Source of the DNA: an uncultured Bacteroidales bacterium
GTDB taxonomy: Bacteria; Bacteroidota; Bacteroidia; Bacteroidales; UBA12077
Reading direction: 5' to 3'
Assembly (NCBI GenBank): GCA_964585385.1
Contig: CAZPDP010000004.1
Location: forward strand, 27,574 to 91,573
DNA length: 64,000 bases
Shown here: positions 21,727 through 32,046 of the stretch, piece by piece
Position numbering within the stretch: the stretch's first letter is position 1
Layout: every line of letters begins with the position of its first letter
Position numbers and translations under genes: made by a program
The notes under the pieces: generated by a model
The model's database searches: none
Told to the model about the DNA's origin: nothing
The model's input: only the letters and a program-made list of their open reading frames with translations

Positions 21727-24700
21727 TTATTCTTTTTCCATTTTAATACTAAGTCCGAGGCCACGAAGTTCATGTAACAATACGTTAAATGATTCTGGTA
21801 TACCCGGAACAGGTAACGGATCACCTTTCACGATGCTTTCATAAGCTCGTGCCCGACCATTTACATCGTCAGATTTAACAGTCAGCATTTCCTGGAGTAT
21901 ATTGGAAGCACCAAATGCTTCGAGTGCCCAAACCTCCATCTCACCAAAACGCTGGCCACCAAATTGTGCCTTACCACCCAGTGGCTGCTGAGTGATTAAG
22001 GAATATGGACCAATGGAACGTGCGTGAATTTTATCTTCAACCATGTGCCCCAGTTTAAGCATATAGATAATACCAACTGTGGCTGGCTGATCAAATTTTT
22101 CACCAGTTCCTCCATCATATAGATGGGTCTTTCCATAAGCAGGTAAACCTGCTTTTTCTGTATATTCATTAATCTGGTCAAGAGATGCACCATCGAAAAT
22201 GGGGGTTGAAAATTTAACTCCCAGTTTTTCTCCTGCCCAACCAAGAACTGATTCATAAATCTGTCCAAGGTTCATCCTTGATGGTACACCCAGTGGATTC
22301 AATACAATATCTACAGGTGTTCCGTCTTCAAGAAAGGGCATATCCTCTGTGCGAACAATTTTCGAAATAATACCCTTGTTACCATGTCGTCCGGCTAGTT
22401 TATCTCCCACTTTAATCTTTCGCTTCTTGGCTATATAAACTTTTGCCATCTGAACAATACCCGTTGGCAACTCATCACCTATTGATATATTGTATTTTTC
22501 TCTTCTTAACTGAGCTTCAATATTTCTTCTTTTGATGTTGTAATTATGAAGCAATGTTCTAATTATCTCGTTTTTGTTCTTATCTGTTGTCCATTTTTTC
22601 GGACTTACATTGGTATAGTCAATATCCTGAAGGATTTTTTGAGTGAATTTCTTTCCTTTAGGCACGACTACTGCGTTGTAATAATCCTTAACACCTTGTG
22701 ATGTTTTTCCATTGACAAGAACAAAAAGTTTGTCGATCAATCGATTGGTTAAATTATCGATTTCCTGACCATACTGTTTGTCTAACTTGTCAAGCTTTTC
22801 TTTATCCGCATTCTTTGCTTTCTTGTCTTTGACAGCTCTGGTGAAAAGCTTTTTATCAATAACCACTCCTGTTAAAGAAGGAGAAGCCTTTAGGGAAGCA
22901 TCTTTTACATCACCGGCTTTATCACCGAAGATTGCGCGAAGCAATTTCTCCTCGGGTGAAGGGTCAGATTCACCTTTCGGTGTAATCTTACCTATTAGTA
23001 TGTCACCAGGAGTAACATGGGCTCCAACACGGATGATCCCATTTTCATCCAGATCTTTTGTTGCTTCTTCACTTACATTGGGAATATCTGCCGTTAATTC
23101 TTCCAGTCCTCTTTTTGTATCTCGTACTTCCATCACGTGTTCTTCTATGTGCACAGAAGTAAACACGTCATTTTTCACTACATTTTCAGAAATTACGATA
23201 GCATCCTCAAAGTTATATCCTTTCCAGGGCATAAAGGCAACTTTCAGGTTTTTACCCAATGCCAGTTCACCCTTTTCAGTTCCGTAACCTTCGGTTAATA
23301 CCTGTCCCTTGGATATCTTTTGTCCTTTATGTACAATAGGATGCAATGTAACGCTGGTATTCTGGTTTGTTTTATGATATTTCAGAAGTTTATAGCGCTT
23401 AACCTCATCCTCGAAGCTTACAAACTTTTCCTCCTCTGTTTGTTCATATCGAACAACAATCTCTTTGGCATCAACGTAATCAACGACACCATCCCCTTCA
23501 GCAATAATTTGCAGTCTGGAATCTCTTACCACTTCGCCTTCAAGACCTGTCCCTACAATAGGCGAATCAGGTTTTAGAAGCGGTACAGCCTGACGCATCA
23601 TATTTGAGCCCATCAAGGCACGGTTTGCGTCATTATGCTCAAGGAACGGAATAAGCGAAGCTGCAATCGAAGCAATTTGATTTGGTGCAACATCCATCAA
23701 ATCGACAGAGCTTGATTCTGCATATGGAAAATCTCCGTCATATCTGGCTTTAACACGTTCAGTCTGGAAAGCACCCTCATCGTTTATGGATGCATTCGCC
23801 TGAGCAATCATTTTGGCTTCTTCCTCTTCTGCGCTTAAATATTCAGCACCATAATCGCCCAAATTAACTTTTCCGGTTTCCACTCTTCTATAAGGAGTCT
23901 CAATAAACCCGAGTTCGTTGATTTTTGCATACACACAGAGTGATGAAATCAAACCAATATTAGGGCCTTCCGGTGTTTCAATAGGGCAAAGTCTTCCGTA
24001 GTGCGTGTAGTGAACGTCACGTACCTCAAAACCTGCTCTCTCTCTTGACAGACCACCGGGACCAAGCGCAGAAAGACGGCGTTTATGTGTCATTTCCGCC
24101 AATGGATTGGTTTGATCCATAAATTGAGAAAGCTGATTTGTTCCGAAAAAAGAATTAATAACAGAAGACAAAGTTTTTGAATTTATAAGATCAATCGGAG
24201 TAAATACTTCGTTGTCTCTCACATTCATTCTCTCTCTGATTGTCCTTGCCATTCTGGCCAGACCTACTCCAAATTGATTATATAATTGTTCACCAACAGT
24301 CCTTACGCGTCGGTTACTTAAATGGTCAATATCATCAACATTTGTTTTGGAGTTGATAAGCTCAATAAGATACTTGATGATCTCTATAATATCATCATTG
24401 GTTAATGTCTTGGTATCAATAGGAGTTTCCAGGTTAAGCTTTTTATTTAACCGGTATCTTCCAACTTCACCGAGATCATAACGAGTATCTGAGAAGAAAA
24501 GCTTATCAATGACATCTCTTGCAGTTGCTTCATCAGGTGGCTCGGAATTCCTCAATTGACGGTAAATTTGCATAACCGCCTCTTTCTCCGAGTTACATGG
24601 GTCTTTTTGAAGCGTATTGTATATGATCGCATAATCAATCTGCGTTTGATCTTCCCGATGCAGGAGAATTGTATCCGCACCGGAATCAATGATCTGATCA

Positions 24701-25545
24701 ATATGCTTATCCTCAATAACCGTATCACGTTCGATAACTACTTCGTTTCTTTCTATGGATACTACTTCTCCGGTATCCTCATCAACAAAATCTTCAACCC
24801 ATGAGCGAAGCACTCTGGCAGCAAGTTTTCTGCCAACTACTTTTTCCAAATTTGGTTTTGAAACCTTAACCTCATCAGCAAGGTTAAAGATCTCAAGAAT
24901 ATTTTTATCACTTTCGTAACCAATGGCACGCAATAAAGTGGTTACAGGAAGCTTCTTCTTCCTGTCAATGTATGCATACATCACATTATTAACGTCGGTA
25001 GCGAATTCAATCCACGAACCTCTGAAAGGTATAATTCTGGCTGAATACAATTTAGTACCATTGGCGTGAATACTTTGTCCGAAAAATACTCCAGGTGATC
25101 TGTGAAGCTGAGATACAATAATCCGCTCAGCTCCATTGATTATAAAGGAGCCTTTTTCAGTCATATAAGGCACAGTTCCCAAATAAACATCCTGGATAAC
25201 GGTGTCGAAATCCTCATGTTCAGGGTCTGTACAATATAACTTAAGTTTTGCTTTAAGTGGTACACTAAATGTTAAGCCTCGCTCAATACATTCTTCGATA
25301 GAGTACCTTGGTGGATCAACTGTATAATCCAAGAATTCTAGCACGAAATTATTCCTGGTATCCGTAATCGGAAAGTTTTCCTGGAATACCCGATGTAAAG
25401 ATTCTTCTTTTCTTTGTTCCGGTGTAGTTTCTAACTGGAAAAAATTTTTAAAAGATTTTAACTGAATTTCGAGAAAATCGGGATATGCTAACTGATTCTT
25501 GGTAGATGCGAAGCTGATCCTTTGATTAGTTTTCTGTAACGTCAT
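21727..25545 (-). CDS. rpoB: DNA-directed RNA polymerase beta subunit
   Basis: 1272 aa. Rif-region-like [34 protein letters not shown], plus [12 protein letters not shown] and the C-terminal [15 protein letters not shown]. Confidence 0.98.
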   Translation of the reverse strand: MTLQKTNQRISFASTKNQLAYPDFLEIQLKSFKNFFQLETTPEQRKEESLHRVFQENFPITDTRNNFVLEFLDYTVDPPRYSIEECIERGLTFSVPLKAKLKLYCTDPEHEDFDTVIQDVYLGTVPYMTEKGSFIINGAERIIVSQLHRSPGVFFGQSIHANGTKLYSARIIPFRGSWIEFATDVNNVMYAYIDRKKKLPVTTLLRAIGYESDKNILEIFNLADEVKVSKPNLEKVVGRKLAARVLRSWVEDFVDEDTGEVVSIERNEVVIERDTVIEDKHIDQIIDSGADTILLHREDQTQIDYAIIYNTLQKDPCNSEKEAVMQIYRQLRNSEPPDEATARDVIDKLFFSDTRYDLGEVGRYRLNKKLNLETPIDTKTLTNDDIIEIIKYLIELINSKTNVDDIDHLSNRRVRTVGEQLYNQFGVGLARMARTIRERMNVRDNEVFTPIDLINSKTLSSVINSFFGTNQLSQFMDQTNPLAEMTHKRRLSALGPGGLSRERAGFEVRDVHYTHYGRLCPIETPEGPNIGLISSLCVYAKINELGFIETPYRRVETGKVNLGDYGAEYLSAEEEEAKMIAQANASINDEGAFQTERVKARYDGDFPYAESSSVDLMDVAPNQIASIAASLIPFLEHNDANRALMGSNMMRQAVPLLKPDSPIVGTGLEGEVVRDSRLQIIAEGDGVVDYVDAKEIVVRYEQTEEEKFVSFEDEVKRYKLLKYHKTNQNTSVTLHPIVHKGQKISKGQVLTEGYGTEKGELALGKNLKVAFMPWKGYNFEDAIVISENVVKNDVFTSVHIEEHVMEVRDTKRGLEELTADIPNVSEEATKDLDENGIIRVGAHVTPGDILIGKITPKGESDPSPEEKLLRAIFGDKAGDVKDASLKASPSLTGVVIDKKLFTRAVKDKKAKNADKEKLDKLDKQYGQEIDNLTNRLIDKLFVLVNGKTSQGVKDYYNAVVVPKGKKFTQKILQDIDYTNVSPKKWTTDKNKNEIIRTLLHNYNIKRRNIEAQLRREKYNISIGDELPTGIVQMAKVYIAKKRKIKVGDKLAGRHGNKGIISKIVRTEDMPFLEDGTPVDIVLNPLGVPSRMNLGQIYESVLGWAGEKLGVKFSTPIFDGASLDQINEYTEKAGLPAYGKTHLYDGGTGEKFDQPATVGIIYMLKLGHMVEDKIHARSIGPYSLITQQPLGGKAQFGGQRFGEMEVWALEAFGASNILQEMLTVKSDDVNGRARAYESIVKGDPLPVPGIPESFNVLLHELRGLGLSIKMEKE

Positions 25546-25584
25546 TATTCCCAGGAATTAAATGAACTTACCACAATAAATAGG

Positions 25585-25622
25585 AAAAAAAGGTAAAGAA
25601 TCCTATTGGTTTATAGGATTCT
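25585..25622 (-). terminator. rplL-rpoB intergenic hairpin (likely attenuator or partial terminator)
   Basis: Perfect 10-bp stem AGAATCCTAT / ATAGGATTCT (25597-25606 / 25613-25622). On the minus strand it is followed by TTACCTTTTTTT, so the U-tract is displaced by 5 nt. Confidence 0.5.
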
Positions 25623-25652
25623 AAACCTTCAATATAACTTTTGAACCGAATT

Positions 25653-26030
25653 CTATTTAAGTTCAACTTCTGCGCCGGCTTCTTCTAATTTAGCTTTAAG
25701 AGATTCTGCTTCTTCTTTAGAAACACCTTCTTTAACTTCTTTCGGTACAGAGTCTACTAATTCTTTAGCTTCTTTCAATCCGAGTCCGGTGAGTTCTTTA
25801 ACAAGCTTTACTATTTGTAATTTCGCTCCACCGGGTGAATTAAGTACCACGTTAAATTCGGTTTGCTCTTCTGCACCAGCACCTTCTCCTCCTTCTGCAG
25901 GACCTGCAGCAACTACAGGTGCAGAGGCTGGTTCAATACCGTATTCGTCCTTTAGTATGTCTGCTAATTCGTTAACTTCTTTCACACTTAAGTTAACCAA
26001 TTCTTCTGCAAGCGCTTTTAAATCTGCCAT
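25653..26030 (-). CDS. rplL: 50S ribosomal protein L7/L12
   Basis: 125 aa. [34 protein letters not shown]..., an Ala/Gly/Glu hinge, and the C-terminal domain [19 protein letters not shown]. Confidence 0.97.
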   Translation of the reverse strand: MADLKALAEELVNLSVKEVNELADILKDEYGIEPASAPVVAAGPAEGGEGAGAEEQTEFNVVLNSPGGAKLQIVKLVKELTGLGLKEAKELVDSVPKEVKEGVSKEEAESLKAKLEEAGAEVELK

Positions 26031-26073
26031 TGTTCTCTTGATTTTAATTAATTTAAATTTAAATTGTTTTTTT

Positions 26074-26595
26074 TTACTCTTCCTTTTCTGATAGAGTTTT
26101 CATAACTCCAGCCAGAATGTGGCTACCTGATTTCAAACCTGAAACCACATTGTTTATAGGTGATTGTAACTGATAAATAAGATCGCCAAGCAGTTCTTCT
26201 TTAGACTTAATATTGGCTAATGCCTCTAACTGCTCATCACCGATATAAATAGACTCCTCAACATATGCTCCTTTAAGGATTGGTTTGTCATGTTTTTTTC
26301 TGAATTCCTTAATTATTTTTGCAGGAACATTTCCTTTCGGAGTAAGGATAAGGGATGTCGGACCCTCCAATACGTCATAAAATTCTTCAGTATCTATATC
26401 AACCTCATCCAGTGCCCTTTTCAGCAAAGTATTCTTAACCACTTTTAGCTTCAATTCGTTTTCGAAGCATTTTCTTCTAAGGCTGACAGTATCCTCGGCA
26501 TTTAAGCCGGAAGTATCTGCCAGATAAAAATGGTCAGTACCTTTTATATCGTTGATAATCGAATTTACTACTTGTTCTTTTTCCTCGCGTTTCAT
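26074..26595 (-). CDS. rplJ: 50S ribosomal protein L10
   Basis: 173 aa, located between rplA and rplL. L10-like sequence ([21 protein letters not shown]...[13 protein letters not shown]). Confidence 0.95.
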   Translation of the reverse strand: MKREEKEQVVNSIINDIKGTDHFYLADTSGLNAEDTVSLRRKCFENELKLKVVKNTLLKRALDEVDIDTEEFYDVLEGPTSLILTPKGNVPAKIIKEFRKKHDKPILKGAYVEESIYIGDEQLEALANIKSKEELLGDLIYQLQSPINNVVSGLKSGSHILAGVMKTLSEKEE

Positions 26596-26624
26596 AGATC
26601 TTTCAAATCTTTAGATTATTATTG

Positions 26625-27326
26625 CTATACAGCTTTTCGTAAATCGCTGGGATCAACTTTAATCCCAGGGCTCATTGTACTGGATATTGCGATACTTCTA
26701 ATATAAGTACCTTTGGAAGCAGCCGGTTTGAGCTTTTTTATAGTATTTAAAAACTCTTTTGCATTATCATATATCTTTTTTTCATCAAAAGATGTCTTTC
26801 CTATAGAAGTATGAATGATTCCATATTTGTCCACTTTGAAATCAATCTTTCCCTTTTTCACCTCCTCAACAGACTGACCAATTTCATTAGTAACAGTTCC
26901 ACTTTTAGGATTTGGCATAAGACCTCTTGGTCCCAGAACTTTTCCTAATGGCCCTACCTTAGGCATAACTGAGGGCATAGTAATCACAACATCGAAATCG
27001 GTCCAACCCTCTTTTATTTTATTGATATATTCATCCAAACCAACATAATCGGCTCCCGCATTTTTTGCTTCATCTTCTTTATCAGCAGTACATAAAACAA
27101 GTACTTTCTTTGTTTTACCAGTTCCATGGGGTAACGTAACAATGCCTCGAACCATCTGGTTAGGTTTTCTGGGATCAACACCTAACCGGACATCAATGTC
27201 GACAGAAGCATCAAAATTAGAGTTGGCAACTTCTTTTACTAATTTTGCAGCTTCCTCAAGCTTATATAGTTGATTTTTATCGTACTTTTCTAAAGCTTGC
27301 TTTCTCTTTTTCGTTAATTTCGTCAT
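26625..27326 (-). CDS. rplA: 50S ribosomal protein L1
   Basis: 233 aa. [34 protein letters not shown] and [15 protein letters not shown]. Confidence 0.97.
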   Translation of the reverse strand: MTKLTKKRKQALEKYDKNQLYKLEEAAKLVKEVANSNFDASVDIDVRLGVDPRKPNQMVRGIVTLPHGTGKTKKVLVLCTADKEDEAKNAGADYVGLDEYINKIKEGWTDFDVVITMPSVMPKVGPLGKVLGPRGLMPNPKSGTVTNEIGQSVEEVKKGKIDFKVDKYGIIHTSIGKTSFDEKKIYDNAKEFLNTIKKLKPAASKGTYIRSIAISSTMSPGIKVDPSDLRKAV

Positions 27327-27340
27327 TGTTAATCAGATTA

Positions 27341-27787
27341 TTAATTTTCTTTACCAGGAAATTTTCCTTTAACTGTTACACCCATGCTCCTTGCTGTTCC
27401 GGCTACCATCTTCATTGCTGAGTCAACAGTAAATGCATTAAGATCTTCCATTTTATCCTCAGCGATCTCTTTAATCTGTTCCCAGCCGATAGAGCCAACC
27501 TTTTCTTTATTGGGTTCAGATGATCCGCCTTTTAGTTTTGTCTTTTCCAAAATCTGAACAGCTGCCGGCGGGGTTTTTGTTAAGAAATCAAATGATTTAT
27601 CAGAATAAACAGTTATTAATACAGGAATTACCTTTCCTGCTTTTTCCTGAGTTTTGGCATTAAACTGCTTGCAAAACTCCATTATATTTACACCTTTAGC
27701 ACCCAAAGCCGGGCCAACTGGCGGAGATGGATTTGCCTGCCCACCTCTTATTTGTAATTTTATAACACCTTCAACTTTTTTAGCCAT
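27341..27787 (-). CDS. rplK: 50S ribosomal protein L11
   Basis: 148 aa. [35 protein letters not shown]. Confidence 0.97.
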   Translation of the reverse strand: MAKKVEGVIKLQIRGGQANPSPPVGPALGAKGVNIMEFCKQFNAKTQEKAGKVIPVLITVYSDKSFDFLTKTPPAAVQILEKTKLKGGSSEPNKEKVGSIGWEQIKEIAEDKMEDLNAFTVDSAMKMVAGTARSMGVTVKGKFPGKEN

Positions 27788-27803
27788 AACTTAGTTTCTT
27801 AAA

Positions 27804-28355
27804 TTATTCTTTTTCAACTTGCATAAAACTCAATTCCAATGGAGTTTTTCTTCCGAAGATTTTAACCATTACTTTCAGCTTTTTCTTTTCTTCGTTAACC
27901 TCTTCAATAACCCCGTTAAAATTATTAAATGGCCCGTCAATCACTTTCACCGTTTCTCCCACATAAAATGGCACATTCAATTCTTCGTCACTGTCAGCCA
28001 ATTCATCAACCCTGCCTAATATTCTGTTCACTTCTGATTTTCTCAAAGGTGTAGGCTGATTTCCTTCAGCTCTGAGAAAACCTATAACATTCGGAATATT
28101 TTCGAGGTAATGTTGAATATCTCCGTGTAAAGCAGCCTCAATTAATACGTATCCAGGGAAAAAGTTTCTTTCTTTGCTGATTTTTTTTCCGTTACGAATT
28201 TGATATACCTTTTCAGTTGGGATTAAAACCTGAGAAACATAATCTCCCAATTTACCTTTTTCAATCTCACTATCCAGATACTGCTTTACCTGTTTTTCCT
28301 TCCCTCCAATCGCTCTTAAGACGTACCATTTCTTTTCATTCTCAGCCATTTCCAC
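27804..28355 (-). CDS. nusG: transcription termination/antitermination factor NusG
   Basis: 183 aa. NGN domain KWYVLRAIGGKEKQVKQYL...FPGYVLIEA and KOW motif GETVKVIDGPFNNFNGVIEEV. Confidence 0.95.
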   Translation of the reverse strand: MEMAENEKKWYVLRAIGGKEKQVKQYLDSEIEKGKLGDYVSQVLIPTEKVYQIRNGKKISKERNFFPGYVLIEAALHGDIQHYLENIPNVIGFLRAEGNQPTPLRKSEVNRILGRVDELADSDEELNVPFYVGETVKVIDGPFNNFNGVIEEVNEEKKKLKVMVKIFGRKTPLELSFMQVEKE

Positions 28356-28373
28356 ACCTATTCTTGTTCGAAA

Positions 28374-28568
28374 TTAATAAAACATACTGTAAATAAAATC
28401 CATCAGATTTCTAAAAGAAAAATCCATAATGAATACAATCACAGCAAAAATTAAGGAAGCAACCATTACTATAACTGCACTACGTTGCAGTTCGCTCCAT
28501 GTTGGCCAGGAGACTTTATGTATCAGCTCATTATAAGAATCTTGCAAGTATGTCTTAATCTTCATCAT
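28374..28568 (-). CDS. secE: preprotein translocase subunit SecE
   Basis: 64 aa with a single C-terminal TM helix (AVIVMVASLIFAVIVFIMDF). ELIHKVSWPTWSEL motif. Sits in the conserved position between tRNA-Trp and nusG. Confidence 0.9.
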   Translation of the reverse strand: MMKIKTYLQDSYNELIHKVSWPTWSELQRSAVIVMVASLIFAVIVFIMDFSFRNLMDFIYSMFY

Positions 28569-28581
28569 TTAAACAATTTAG

Positions 28582-28654
28582 CACGGGTGGTAAGGCTCGA
28601 ACTCACGACCTGCGGTTTTGGAGACCGCTGCTCTACCAACTGAGCTACACCCGT
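28582..28654 (-). tRNA. tRNA-Trp (anticodon CCA)
   Basis: Reverse complement ACGGGTGTAGCTCAGTTGGTAGAGCAGCGGTCTCCAAAACCGCAGGTCGTGAGTTCGAGCCTTACCACCCGTG. 7-bp acceptor, D arm GCTC/GAGC, anticodon stem GCGGT/ACCGC with loop CTCCAAA, and T arm GTGAG-TTCGAGC-CTTAC. 73 nt, no encoded CCA. Confidence 0.95.
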
Positions 28655-28659
28655 GTATG

Positions 28660-28702
28660 AAAAAAGTTGAAGGATGTTTCGTTTTTTCGAACGAAACATC
28701 CT
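28660..28702 (-). terminator. strong hairpin terminator after tuf
   Basis: Perfect 13-bp stem AGGATGTTTCGTT / AACGAAACATCCT (28671-28702). On the minus strand it is followed by TCAACTTTTTT. The U-tract ends only 6 nt before the 5' end of tRNA-Trp. Confidence 0.7.
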
Positions 28703-28711
28703 GAAAAAATA

Positions 28712-29899
28712 TTATTCAACTATTTCTGTAACCTGTCCAGCTCCTACAGTTCTGCCACCTTCACGAATAGCAAAACGCAGACCAATGTTCAGGGCAACCG
28801 GGTAGATAAGTTCAACAGTCATTGTAACATTATCACCAGGCATTACCATTTCAGTTCCTTCAGGTAATTTTACAGTACCTGTAACGTCCATTGTTCTAAT
28901 GTAGAACTGGGGCCTGTATTCGTTATGGAATGGGGTGTGGCGTCCGCCTTCGTCTTTCTTCAATACATAAACCTCAGCTTTGAACTTAGTATGAGGCGTA
29001 ATTGATCCAGGCCGGGCTATAACCATTCCTCTTTTAATTTCATCTTTGTTAACGCCTCTGAGGAGCAATCCAACGTTATCACCTGCTTCACCAGTATCCA
29101 GAATCTTTCTGAACATTTCAACACCAGTTACAACGGTTTTCTTCTTTTCAGCTCCAAGACCTATCATTTCAACTTCCTCACCAGTCTTAACAACACCAGT
29201 TTCAATTCTACCAGTAGCCACTGTTCCTCGACCGGTGATTGAGAATACGTCTTCAACAGGCATCAAGAAAGCTTTCTCCTTATCTCTTGGAGGAACTGGA
29301 ATAAATTCATCCACAGCATTCATAAGTTCCATAACTTTCTCTACCCATTTTTCTTCGCCGTTGAGTGCGCCTAAGGCTGAGCCATGAATTACGGGAGCAT
29401 TTTCACCATCGAATTCATAAAAATCAAGTAATTCTCTTACTTCCATTTCAACTAATTCGAGCAATTCAGGGTCGTCAACCAAATCAACTTTATTAAGGAA
29501 AGTAACAATTTTAGGAACATTCACCTGACGTGCCAGAAGAATATGCTCACGGGTTTGGGGCATCGGGCCATCCGTACCGGCGACAACTAAAATCGCACCG
29601 TCCATCTGAGCGGCACCTGTAACCATATTCTTAACATAGTCAGAGTGACCTGGACAGTCAACGTGTGCATAGTGACGGTTTTCAGTCTGGTATTCAACGT
29701 GAGCTGAATTAATAGTCACACCTCTTTCTTTTTCTTCAGGTGCGTTATCAATAGAATCAAAAGATCTAACTTCAGAAAGACCTTTTTCAGCTAAAATTTT
29801 TGTAATAGCTGCAGTAAGGGTAGTTTTTCCGTGATCAACGTGACCTATCGTACCGATATTTACGTGTTCTTTTGATCGCTCAAATTTTTCTTTTGCCAT
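28712..29899 (-). CDS. tuf: translation elongation factor Tu
   Basis: 395 aa. [24 protein letters not shown] and SALGAL motifs. Confidence 0.98.
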   Translation of the reverse strand: MAKEKFERSKEHVNIGTIGHVDHGKTTLTAAITKILAEKGLSEVRSFDSIDNAPEEKERGVTINSAHVEYQTENRHYAHVDCPGHSDYVKNMVTGAAQMDGAILVVAGTDGPMPQTREHILLARQVNVPKIVTFLNKVDLVDDPELLELVEMEVRELLDFYEFDGENAPVIHGSALGALNGEEKWVEKVMELMNAVDEFIPVPPRDKEKAFLMPVEDVFSITGRGTVATGRIETGVVKTGEEVEMIGLGAEKKKTVVTGVEMFRKILDTGEAGDNVGLLLRGVNKDEIKRGMVIARPGSITPHTKFKAEVYVLKKDEGGRHTPFHNEYRPQFYIRTMDVTGTVKLPEGTEMVMPGDNVTMTVELIYPVALNIGLRFAIREGGRTVGAGQVTEIVE

Positions 29900-29974
29900 A
29901 GCTTCAAAATATTAAATTTACGATTTGGTTATTTTTTATCTTCTATTATTGATATAAAGTATAGCCAAAGGTCG

Positions 29975-30046
29975 AGCCAATGACGGGATTTGAACCCGTG
30001 ACCTCTTCCTTACCAAGGAAGCGCTCTACCCCTGAGCTACATCGGC
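29975..30046 (-). tRNA. tRNA-Thr (anticodon GGT)
   Basis: Reverse complement GCCGATGTAGCTCAGGGGTAGAGCGCTTCCTTGGTAAGGAAGAGGTCACGGGTTCAAATCCCGTCATTGGCT. Clean cloverleaf with anticodon loop TTGGTAA. Confidence 0.93.
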
Positions 30047-30053
30047 AAAAAAG

Positions 30054-30126
30054 AGCGGGAGACGGAATTCGAATCCGCGACCCTCAGCTTGGAAGGCTGA
30101 TGCTCTACCAACTGAGCTACTCCCGC
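30054..30126 (-). tRNA. tRNA-Gly (anticodon TCC)
   Basis: Reverse complement GCGGGAGTAGCTCAGTTGGTAGAGCATCAGCCTTCCAAGCTGAGGGTCGCGGATTCGAATTCCGTCTCCCGCT. Anticodon stem TCAGC/GCTGA with loop CTTCCAA. Confidence 0.93.
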
Positions 30127-30136
30127 TTGTAGCCTG

Positions 30137-30219
30137 TGGGGAGGGCAGGATTCGAACCTACGAAGGCATACGCCAGCAGATTTACAGTCTGCCCCAGTTG
30201 GCCACTTTGGTACCTCCCC
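30137..30219 (-). tRNA. tRNA-Tyr (anticodon GTA), long variable arm
   Basis: Reverse complement GGGGAGGTACCAAAGTGGCCAACTGGGGCAGACTGTAAATCTGCTGGCGTATGCCTTCGTAGGTTCGAATCCTGCCCTCCCCA. Anticodon stem GCAGA/TCTGC with loop CTGTAAA, and a class II variable arm. Confidence 0.93.
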
Positions 30220-30227
30220 TACAAAGG

Positions 30228-30302
30228 AGCCGATGGAGGGATTCGAACCCACGGCCTGCTGATTACAAATCAGCTGCTCTAGACCAGCTGAGCTACATCG
30301 GC
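30228..30302 (-). tRNA. tRNA-Thr (anticodon TGT)
   Basis: Reverse complement GCCGATGTAGCTCAGCTGGTCTAGAGCAGCTGATTTGTAATCAGCAGGCCGTGGGTTCGAATCCCTCCATCGGCT. Anticodon stem GCTGA/TCAGC with loop TTTGTAA. One U-U mismatch in the T stem. Confidence 0.9.
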
Positions 30303-30347
30303 AATTCAATTATACAAAGAACTTTCTTAAATCAGAAAATCGGTTCG

Positions 30348-30355
30348 CAAAGGTA
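30348..30355 (-). promoter_or_regulatory. candidate -7 promoter box (TACCTTTG on the minus strand) for the tRNA-Thr/Tyr/Gly/Thr-tuf unit
   Basis: Exact TAnnTTTG match, 46 nt upstream of the first tRNA 5' end (30302), just downstream of the hpf stop. Confidence 0.4.
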
Positions 30356-30404
30356 TATATTTTATTTATCTTACAAAATATATTCCCCTATTTTTTTAAA
30401 AATT

Positions 30405-30704
30405 TTATTTCCCCCGTTGTTTGTCTTTACGCTTTTTTAGTTGCTTTTCCAAAGCGCTTACAGCTGCATCTGTCGATTCCTCGAAGGTATCTGATTGTTT
30501 CTTTGCAAACAGATCGCTTCCAGGGATTTGCAGTTTTATTTCTGCAATTTTATTGTCCGGGGTTTGAGTCTTTTCAACTTTAAGAAATACTTCAGCTCCG
30601 ATGATGTTATCGTAAAATTGATCCAGTTTATTAACTTTATTTTCAATGAAATCGACGAGCTTTTTGTCAGCATCGAAATGAACAGAATGAATTTTTATGT
30701 CCAT
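30405..30704 (-). CDS. hpf: ribosome hibernation promoting factor / RaiA family (short HPF)
   Basis: 99 aa. MDIKIHSVHFDADKKLVDFIENKVNKLDQFYDNIIGAEVFLKVEK...IAEIKLQIPGSDLFAKKQSDTFEESTDAAVSALEKQLKK fits the S30AE/sigma-54 modulation protein fold pattern. Confidence 0.85.
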   Translation of the reverse strand: MDIKIHSVHFDADKKLVDFIENKVNKLDQFYDNIIGAEVFLKVEKTQTPDNKIAEIKLQIPGSDLFAKKQSDTFEESTDAAVSALEKQLKKRKDKQRGK

Positions 30705-30720
30705 ATTATATCCTCCGATT

Positions 30721-31611
30721 TTAATTTCTGGGGTGTGCTTGTTTGTATATTTTCTTTAACTTTTCAAATGTACTGTGCGTATACACTTGGGTTGCGGACA
30801 AATTAGCATGTCCGAGCAGTTCTTTTATTGCATTAAGTTCGGCTCCCCTGTTAAGCATGTGTGTGGCAAAGGTATGTCTCAAAACATGCGGGCTCTTCTT
30901 ATCCAAAGTCGTAACTGTTCCAAGGTATTTTTTCACGACCCGGTAGACAAACTTTTCGTATAACTTCCTTCCTTTATCTGTAACCAATAATGAATTACTG
31001 CTTTTACTGGAAAACCGAAAATCCCGTAAATGCAAATAAGAACGAATGAGGCGAATCAGTTCATCGGTCAAAGGAACTATTCTTTCTTTTTTTCTTTTTC
31101 CAAGAATCTTTAACTGACTGCTATTAAAGTCAACATCAGAATCTTTAATATTGATCAGTTCAGACAACCGGATTCCGGTTTGGTAGAGTATTTCGATTAT
31201 CAATCGATCGCGGATTCCACTAAAATCATCTTTGAAATAATCTTCCTCCAATAACAAATTCATCTTCTCTTCATCCACAAACTGGGGCAATCTTTTAGAA
31301 ATCTTAGGCAAATAAATCTTTGTCATTGGATTTCTTCTTATTTTCTCCTGTTGAACGAGAAACTTAAAGTAAGTCTTAAGGGTAGAAAATTTTCGGTTAA
31401 TTGTCCTTTCAGAGATTTTATCTTCAATTAATTTAATTAACCATCCTCTAATCAGTTTTTCAACTTCCTTATAGTCAGAAAAATTATCATTATACCCTGA
31501 ATCCTTCAGAAAATTATAAAATTGCTCCAGATCCTTTTGATAAGCACGAACCGTATGCTCTGAGTAACGACGTTCGTACTTAAGATATTTGATAAAATGC
31601 TCAATATACAT
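30721..31611 (-). CDS. tyrosine site-specific recombinase, XerC/XerD-like
   Basis: 296 aa. N-terminal SAM-like core-binding domain (FIKYLKYERRYSEHTVRAYQKDLEQF). Catalytic box GIRLSEL, HVLRHTFATHML and LLGHANLSATQVYTH, giving the R-H-R-Y residues. Confidence 0.9.
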   Translation of the reverse strand: MYIEHFIKYLKYERRYSEHTVRAYQKDLEQFYNFLKDSGYNDNFSDYKEVEKLIRGWLIKLIEDKISERTINRKFSTLKTYFKFLVQQEKIRRNPMTKIYLPKISKRLPQFVDEEKMNLLLEEDYFKDDFSGIRDRLIIEILYQTGIRLSELINIKDSDVDFNSSQLKILGKRKKERIVPLTDELIRLIRSYLHLRDFRFSSKSSNSLLVTDKGRKLYEKFVYRVVKKYLGTVTTLDKKSPHVLRHTFATHMLNRGAELNAIKELLGHANLSATQVYTHSTFEKLKKIYKQAHPRN

Positions 31612-31670
31612 AGGGATCTAGTTGAAAACCTGATTCAAATCATCCTACCAGGAAAAAGAAGTCAAAAAAC

Positions 31671-31865
31671 TTATATTTCTTCGTTTTGTTGTAGTTTCTG
31701 CTTGTAGATCGCTTTCTTTTTCTCTTCTCTTCTTTTCATCGAAGGTTTGGTGTAAGCTTGTCTTTCTCTTAACTCTTTTATAACACCTGTTTTTTCAAAC
31801 TTTCTTTTAAATTTTTTTAGTGCTCTTTCAATGTTTTCACCATCTTTTACTTGAACAACTATCAT
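31671..31865 (-). CDS. rpsU: 30S ribosomal protein S21
   Basis: 64 aa. MIVVQVKDGENIERALKKFKRKFEKTGVIKELRERQAYTKPSMKRREEKKKA. Confidence 0.95.
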   Translation of the reverse strand: MIVVQVKDGENIERALKKFKRKFEKTGVIKELRERQAYTKPSMKRREEKKKAIYKQKLQQNEEI

Positions 31866-31891
31866 TTTTACCTCCTGTTTTTTATGAGCCG

Positions 31892-31899
31892 CAAATCTA
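31892..31899 (-). promoter_or_regulatory. candidate -7 promoter box (TAGATTTG on the minus strand) for rpsU
   Basis: Exact TAnnTTTG match, 27 nt upstream of the rpsU ATG (31865). Confidence 0.4.
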
Positions 31900-32046
31900 T
31901 TAAATTAATCTTATTTATTACAACAATTAATCTAAAAAAATTTTATTAAAACTTCCTGATCTTATGTAACCTAATTTACAACGTTTTTAAAAGAACAATA
32001 GTTTATAAATTTACGAAATTAATGATCCAATTTCAATATAAGCATT

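Noticed and set aside
22778-23287. 169-aa plus-strand ORF antisense to rpoB, and similar antisense ORFs inside rpoC, purL (40513..41052), rho (60354..60755), truD (63553..63939), rplL (25789..26091) and tuf (29046..29387)
   Set aside because: All lie entirely within strongly supported genes on the opposite strand. They have Ser/Phe/Thr/Leu-rich low-information composition typical of antisense frames and no independent start, promoter or terminator signals.
26596-26624. Expectation of an L10 (rplJ) leader or L1-binding leader regulatory RNA
   Set aside because: The gaps are only 29 nt (rplA-rplJ), 16 nt (nusG-rplK) and 13 nt (rplK-rplA), too short for the structured autoregulatory leaders known from Proteobacteria and Firmicutes. 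Nothing here could be supported.
30037-30440. Track ORFs 30037..30309 (-, 90 aa) and 30198..30440 (+, 80 aa)
   Set aside because: They run straight through the four tRNA genes (Thr-GGT, Gly-TCC, Tyr-GTA, Thr-TGT). The sequence is fully explained by clean cloverleaves, so these are spurious ORFs.
30721-31611. Tyrosine recombinase as evidence of an integrated mobile element next to a tRNA cluster
   Set aside because: I could find no direct repeats of tRNA 3' ends and no cargo, excisionase or phage genes. It is flanked by rpsU and hpf on the same strand with short gaps, so it looks chromosomal and Xer-like, not part of an integrative element.
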